A stretch of 64,000 nucleotides of DNA, from the IMG/VR virus record IMGVR_UViG_3300045988_143938; one strand, written 5' to 3'. The notes beneath the pieces are model-generated. The model worked only from the letters and a program-made list of their open reading frames with translations. It was not told the origin of the DNA and ran no database searches. Shown here piece after piece: positions 61,572 through 64,000 of this stretch (position 1 is its first letter; every line of letters starts with the position of its first letter). The translations under genes and the position numbers were made by a program. The stretch comes from a virus.

Positions 61572-62405
61572 ATGAACACTTCAATTATTAAATTCGATTA
61601 CAACGGAAATCAAATTCCTTTTGAAAAAGGAGATGATGTAATGGTAAACCTTACAGCTATGGCAAAAGCCTATCCTGATAAGAATTTATCCACAATTGTT
61701 AACTCGCAGGAAATCAGTGATTATTGCGCATCACTTTCCAAACTAAAAAATTTTAGTTTGGCTGATTTACTGATAGTTAAGAGAGGCGGAGATAATCCTG
61801 GTACTTGGGCTCACCGTCTTGTCGCTATTCGTGTTGCACAAAAACTAAATTCCGATTTAGCGGTGTGGGTGGATATGAGAGTAGATGAGCTTCTTAAATA
61901 CGGTATGACCGCCACGCAGCCAACTTTGGAGCAGATGATAAACAACCCCGATCTTGTTATCAGCCTTGCCACGCAGTTAAAGAGCGAACGCGAGGAGAAA
62001 CAAAGGATAGAGACGGAGAACTTGTATCTAAAAGAACAGAACGAAGCTCAACGCCCAGCTGTAATATTTACAGAAAGCGTAAAGGTAAGTAGTACGAACA
62101 TACTTATTGAAGACCTCGCAAAACTCATTACTCAGAACGGATATAAAATCGGAGAAATCAGATTGTACAATTGGTTTGTGGATAATGGGTATTTGGTACG
62201 GCACAAGAGATGGAGCAATTCAAGAAGGAAATACGAGAACTATTACACCCCAACACAGAGGGCTGCGGAAATGAAGCTGTTTTGGGTATCAGAAAGGGTT
62301 ATTTCAAATCCGGGTCAACCACAGTTTACAAGATTTACATGTTATGTAACCGGAGAGGGACAGGTATATTTCATTAATAAATTCAATAAATTAAAAGTTG
62401 CATAA
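61572..62405 (+). CDS. antirepressor-type protein (KilA-N plus ANT-like C-terminus)
   Basis: IPFEKGDDVMVNLTAMAKAY...GTWAHRLVAIRVAQKLNSDLAVWVDMRVDEL is the KilA-N pattern. The linker YGMTATQPTLEQMINNPDLVISLATQLK is identical to that of 25315..26136. Confidence 0.8.
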   Translation: MNTSIIKFDYNGNQIPFEKGDDVMVNLTAMAKAYPDKNLSTIVNSQEISDYCASLSKLKNFSLADLLIVKRGGDNPGTWAHRLVAIRVAQKLNSDLAVWVDMRVDELLKYGMTATQPTLEQMINNPDLVISLATQLKSEREEKQRIETENLYLKEQNEAQRPAVIFTESVKVSSTNILIEDLAKLITQNGYKIGEIRLYNWFVDNGYLVRHKRWSNSRRKYENYYTPTQRAAEMKLFWVSERVISNPGQPQFTRFTCYVTGEGQVYFINKFNKLKVA

Positions 62406-62406
62406 A

Positions 62407-62787
62407 ATGAAAACAGATGTAAGAACAGTGTACCATTGCGAACACTGCAATAAAATATCACTCAACAAAGGGGCTATGACATTACATGAGGATAAATGTA
62501 AGAGAAACCCCGTTAATAGGGCTTATTGCATAGGATGCAAGCATCTCATAGTAGAGGATATAGAATATAGCGATAAGATTAGTGAATGCGATTCTGATGA
62601 GTTTACTCCAGGTGTAAGGCCTCGCCGCAAATTTATATGCGATATGGACAACAAGGTAATGTATCATCCAAAAGTCAGAACGTTCAGTAAGGAGAAAAGA
62701 GATATGATACTTAGCATATCTCAAAAGCCTATGCCTAATCAGATTGAAGGTTGCAAGGACTTTGAGGAAAGGGACATTCCATTTTGA
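62407..62787 (+). CDS. Cys-rich zinc-finger-like protein (126 aa)
   Basis: YHCEHCNK...HEDKCKRN...YCIGCKH. ATG at 62407. Confidence 0.55.
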   Translation: MKTDVRTVYHCEHCNKISLNKGAMTLHEDKCKRNPVNRAYCIGCKHLIVEDIEYSDKISECDSDEFTPGVRPRRKFICDMDNKVMYHPKVRTFSKEKRDMILSISQKPMPNQIEGCKDFEERDIPF

Positions 62788-62820
62788 TTATGAAACTATT
62801 ATTATTAAAATACAAGTATT

Positions 62821-63231
62821 ATGCTGTACGAATTTAAGCTTAAAGTAAACAAGGTTAACGAGAAAGGCGATGAAAAAGAAGTCACCGAGCAATTCATCAC
62901 TGATGTAGATTTGTTCTGTCAGGCAGAACAGAAAGGCCTTGAAATGTACGCTTCTAACAATATGGAGTGTGACGTTTTCGCAATCAGCCGTAGCAAGATA
63001 CGTGAGATTGTCAATGAGAAGCAGGATGATGAGTTCTTTTACAAGATAACCCTTGTTGAAGTTTTTGTTGACGACAACGGGAAAGAAAAAGAGAATAAAT
63101 ATTACGTTCTCATAGCGGCAAAGAATATGGATGATGCCAACAAAAAGGCGGCGGAATACATGAAGCAGGGACTTCAAGATATGAAGCTGGACGCTATTGC
63201 CAAAACAAAGATTTTGGACTTAGTAAAATAA
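62821..63231 (+). CDS. hypothetical protein (136 aa)
   Basis: Clean ORF. The antisense ORF 62788..63177 is judged spurious. Confidence 0.6.
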   Translation: MLYEFKLKVNKVNEKGDEKEVTEQFITDVDLFCQAEQKGLEMYASNNMECDVFAISRSKIREIVNEKQDDEFFYKITLVEVFVDDNGKEKENKYYVLIAAKNMDDANKKAAEYMKQGLQDMKLDAIAKTKILDLVK

Positions 63232-63369
63232 ACCAAAAGCCCTCTACTGATGTAGAAGTTCTGTGAAAGGTTCAGGTTAAGATTTAATCAGCTAACAAAT
63301 TAACTATCCCGGTGTGGTTTGACCGCCTATCCGGGAACAAGGGCCTGTGAAGATTGGGCAGGTGAATAT

Positions 63370-63513
63370 GGAGAAGTGGTGTAATTGGTAGGCACGCCGT
63401 GGGTAGCGCGGTGAGTGTAATAGAAATAGGAAGTTGGTGCTTTTCCACCTTAGCAGTCATGCTATAGTAACAAGCCGAATAAACTCGTCCCGGTTCGAGC
63501 CCGGGCTTCTCCT
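63370..63513 (+). ncRNA. second tRNA-like element (acceptor/D/T arms, about 90-nt non-canonical middle)
   Basis: Acceptor stem: GGAGAAG 63370-76 / CTTCTCC 63506-12. D arm: GTGT-AATTGGTAG-GCAC. T arm: CCCGG-TTCGAGC-CCGGG. No canonical anticodon stem-loop follows the D arm. It lies at the 3' end of a 297-nt ORF-free gap. Confidence 0.45.
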
Positions 63514-63528
63514 CTAAATATATTTACC

Positions 63529-63693
63529 ATGAGACTTACATTAACTAAAACCGAAATTGCAATTGTTCAGAAACTTGTGATAGACCGAAAGCGTGACATT
63601 CATAATGCAGGAGGTGACAGCAAGCAGTATGAGATGCTAAGTAAGCTAAATAAAAAGATTGCAAGGCAGGCAAAGAAATTTTATAAAACATGA
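63529..63693 (+). CDS. hypothetical small protein (54 aa)
   Basis: Hand-translated as MRLTLTKTEIAIVQKLVIDRKRDIHNAGGDSKQYEMLSKLNKKIARQAKKFYKT. ATGA overlap with the next gene. Confidence 0.4.
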   Translation: MRLTLTKTEIAIVQKLVIDRKRDIHNAGGDSKQYEMLSKLNKKIARQAKKFYKT

Positions 63694-63875
63694 AACCCTA
63701 CGTAATTACCTCTATGGCTCTCATTACACACAGCGGAAAAAAGTTACCGCTTACAGTAATAGAGAGCCACATCCTAACAAAACCTTTGGAAACAATCAAG
63801 GATAAGCTGCTTGATGCTTTCTCTACGATGAAAGACAAGCCGGTGAATGTTGAATTGAAAATAAAATATGTATGA
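63690..63875 (+). CDS. hypothetical protein (61 aa)
   Basis: Coupled overlaps at both ends. Confidence 0.5.
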   Translation: MKPYVITSMALITHSGKKLPLTVIESHILTKPLETIKDKLLDAFSTMKDKPVNVELKIKYV

Positions 63876-64000
63876 AAAATGTAGAAAGTAAAATACAAAT
63901 AGCTTGTGTTAATTGGTTTCGTTACCAATATCCCAAATACAAAAAACTCCTATTTTCTGTTCCTAATGGTGGCGCAAGAAATTCAATCACTGGAGCAATC
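63872..64000 (+). CDS. VRR-NUC-type nuclease, N-terminal fragment (runs off the window)
   Basis: MKNVESKIQIACVNWFRYQYPKYKKLLFSVPNGGARNSITGAI matches the E-S-x-I-Q...PNGG-x-R start of VRR-NUC domains. Confidence 0.6.
   Translation, partial: MKNVESKIQIACVNWFRYQYPKYKKLLFSVPNGGARNSITGAI

Noticed and set aside
1-64000. Prophage ends or host flanking genes
   Set aside because: Every block in the window reads as phage or mobile-element sequence. No housekeeping genes, duplicated att core or intact host tRNA were seen, so integration state and genome ends cannot be determined from this window.

Overview
The window reads as about 64 kb of a temperate, Bacteroidales-type, siphovirus-like phage or prophage. 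I saw no host housekeeping genes, rRNA or CRISPR array, and no phage-host junction. All family names come from motifs read by eye, because no BLAST, HMM or folding run was possible.

Layout:
- 1-8.4 kb (+): small early and accessory genes, including a DUF551-like gene, a frame-split ASCH gene, YopX, an HTH protein and an AntA/KilAC antirepressor.
- 8.5-12.0 kb (-): an unassigned cluster of Cys-rich and membrane proteins headed by a DnaA-C-like HTH gene.
- 12.2-24.5 kb (-): a unimolecular-spanin candidate, a LamG protein, an Amidase_3 endolysin, a holin, two receptor-binding-protein paralogs, a retropepsin-like protease, a 1465-aa tail fibre with an S74-like chaperone end, and a Dit-like gene.
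- 24.5-28.7 kb: a terminator-flanked, mixed-strand moron island that splits the tail operon.
- 28.7-40.1 kb (-): tape measure, G/GT chaperones, major tail protein, connectors, capsid, decoration and scaffold genes.
- 40.2-46.1 kb (+): large terminase, portal and head morphogenesis genes.
- 46.2-48.2 kb (-): P4/D5-type primase-helicase.
- 48.2-49.3 kb: AT-rich, origin-like non-coding DNA.
- 49.4-64 kb (+): small genes, two tyrosine recombinases plus an excisionase, tRNA-like and structured RNA regions, a 26 x 24-bp repeat protein, an SSAP/YqaJ/SSB recombination set, HicAB, more antirepressors and a VRR-NUC fragment.

Most notable observations:
- An Ala1 intein with a class-3 (W-C-T) signature and a LAGLIDADG domain sits inside the TerL Walker A loop.
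- Two poly-A -1 frameshift sites lie 640 bp apart. One gives a G/GT chaperone fusion; the other adds a BACON/Ig-like domain to the tail tube protein.
- The motif ATTTTCTA...TAGAAAATAGRTGA recurs at five promoter regions. Three late-operon leaders also carry intrinsic terminators, two of them with conserved sequence.
- Two acceptor/D/T tRNA-like elements have oversized anticodon regions and lie in ORF-free, structured intergenic blocks.
- Three tandem TM mini-ORFs of 33-34 aa sit in the island.
- The antirepressor genes are mosaic and share a 68-bp perfect inverted repeat 36 kb apart.
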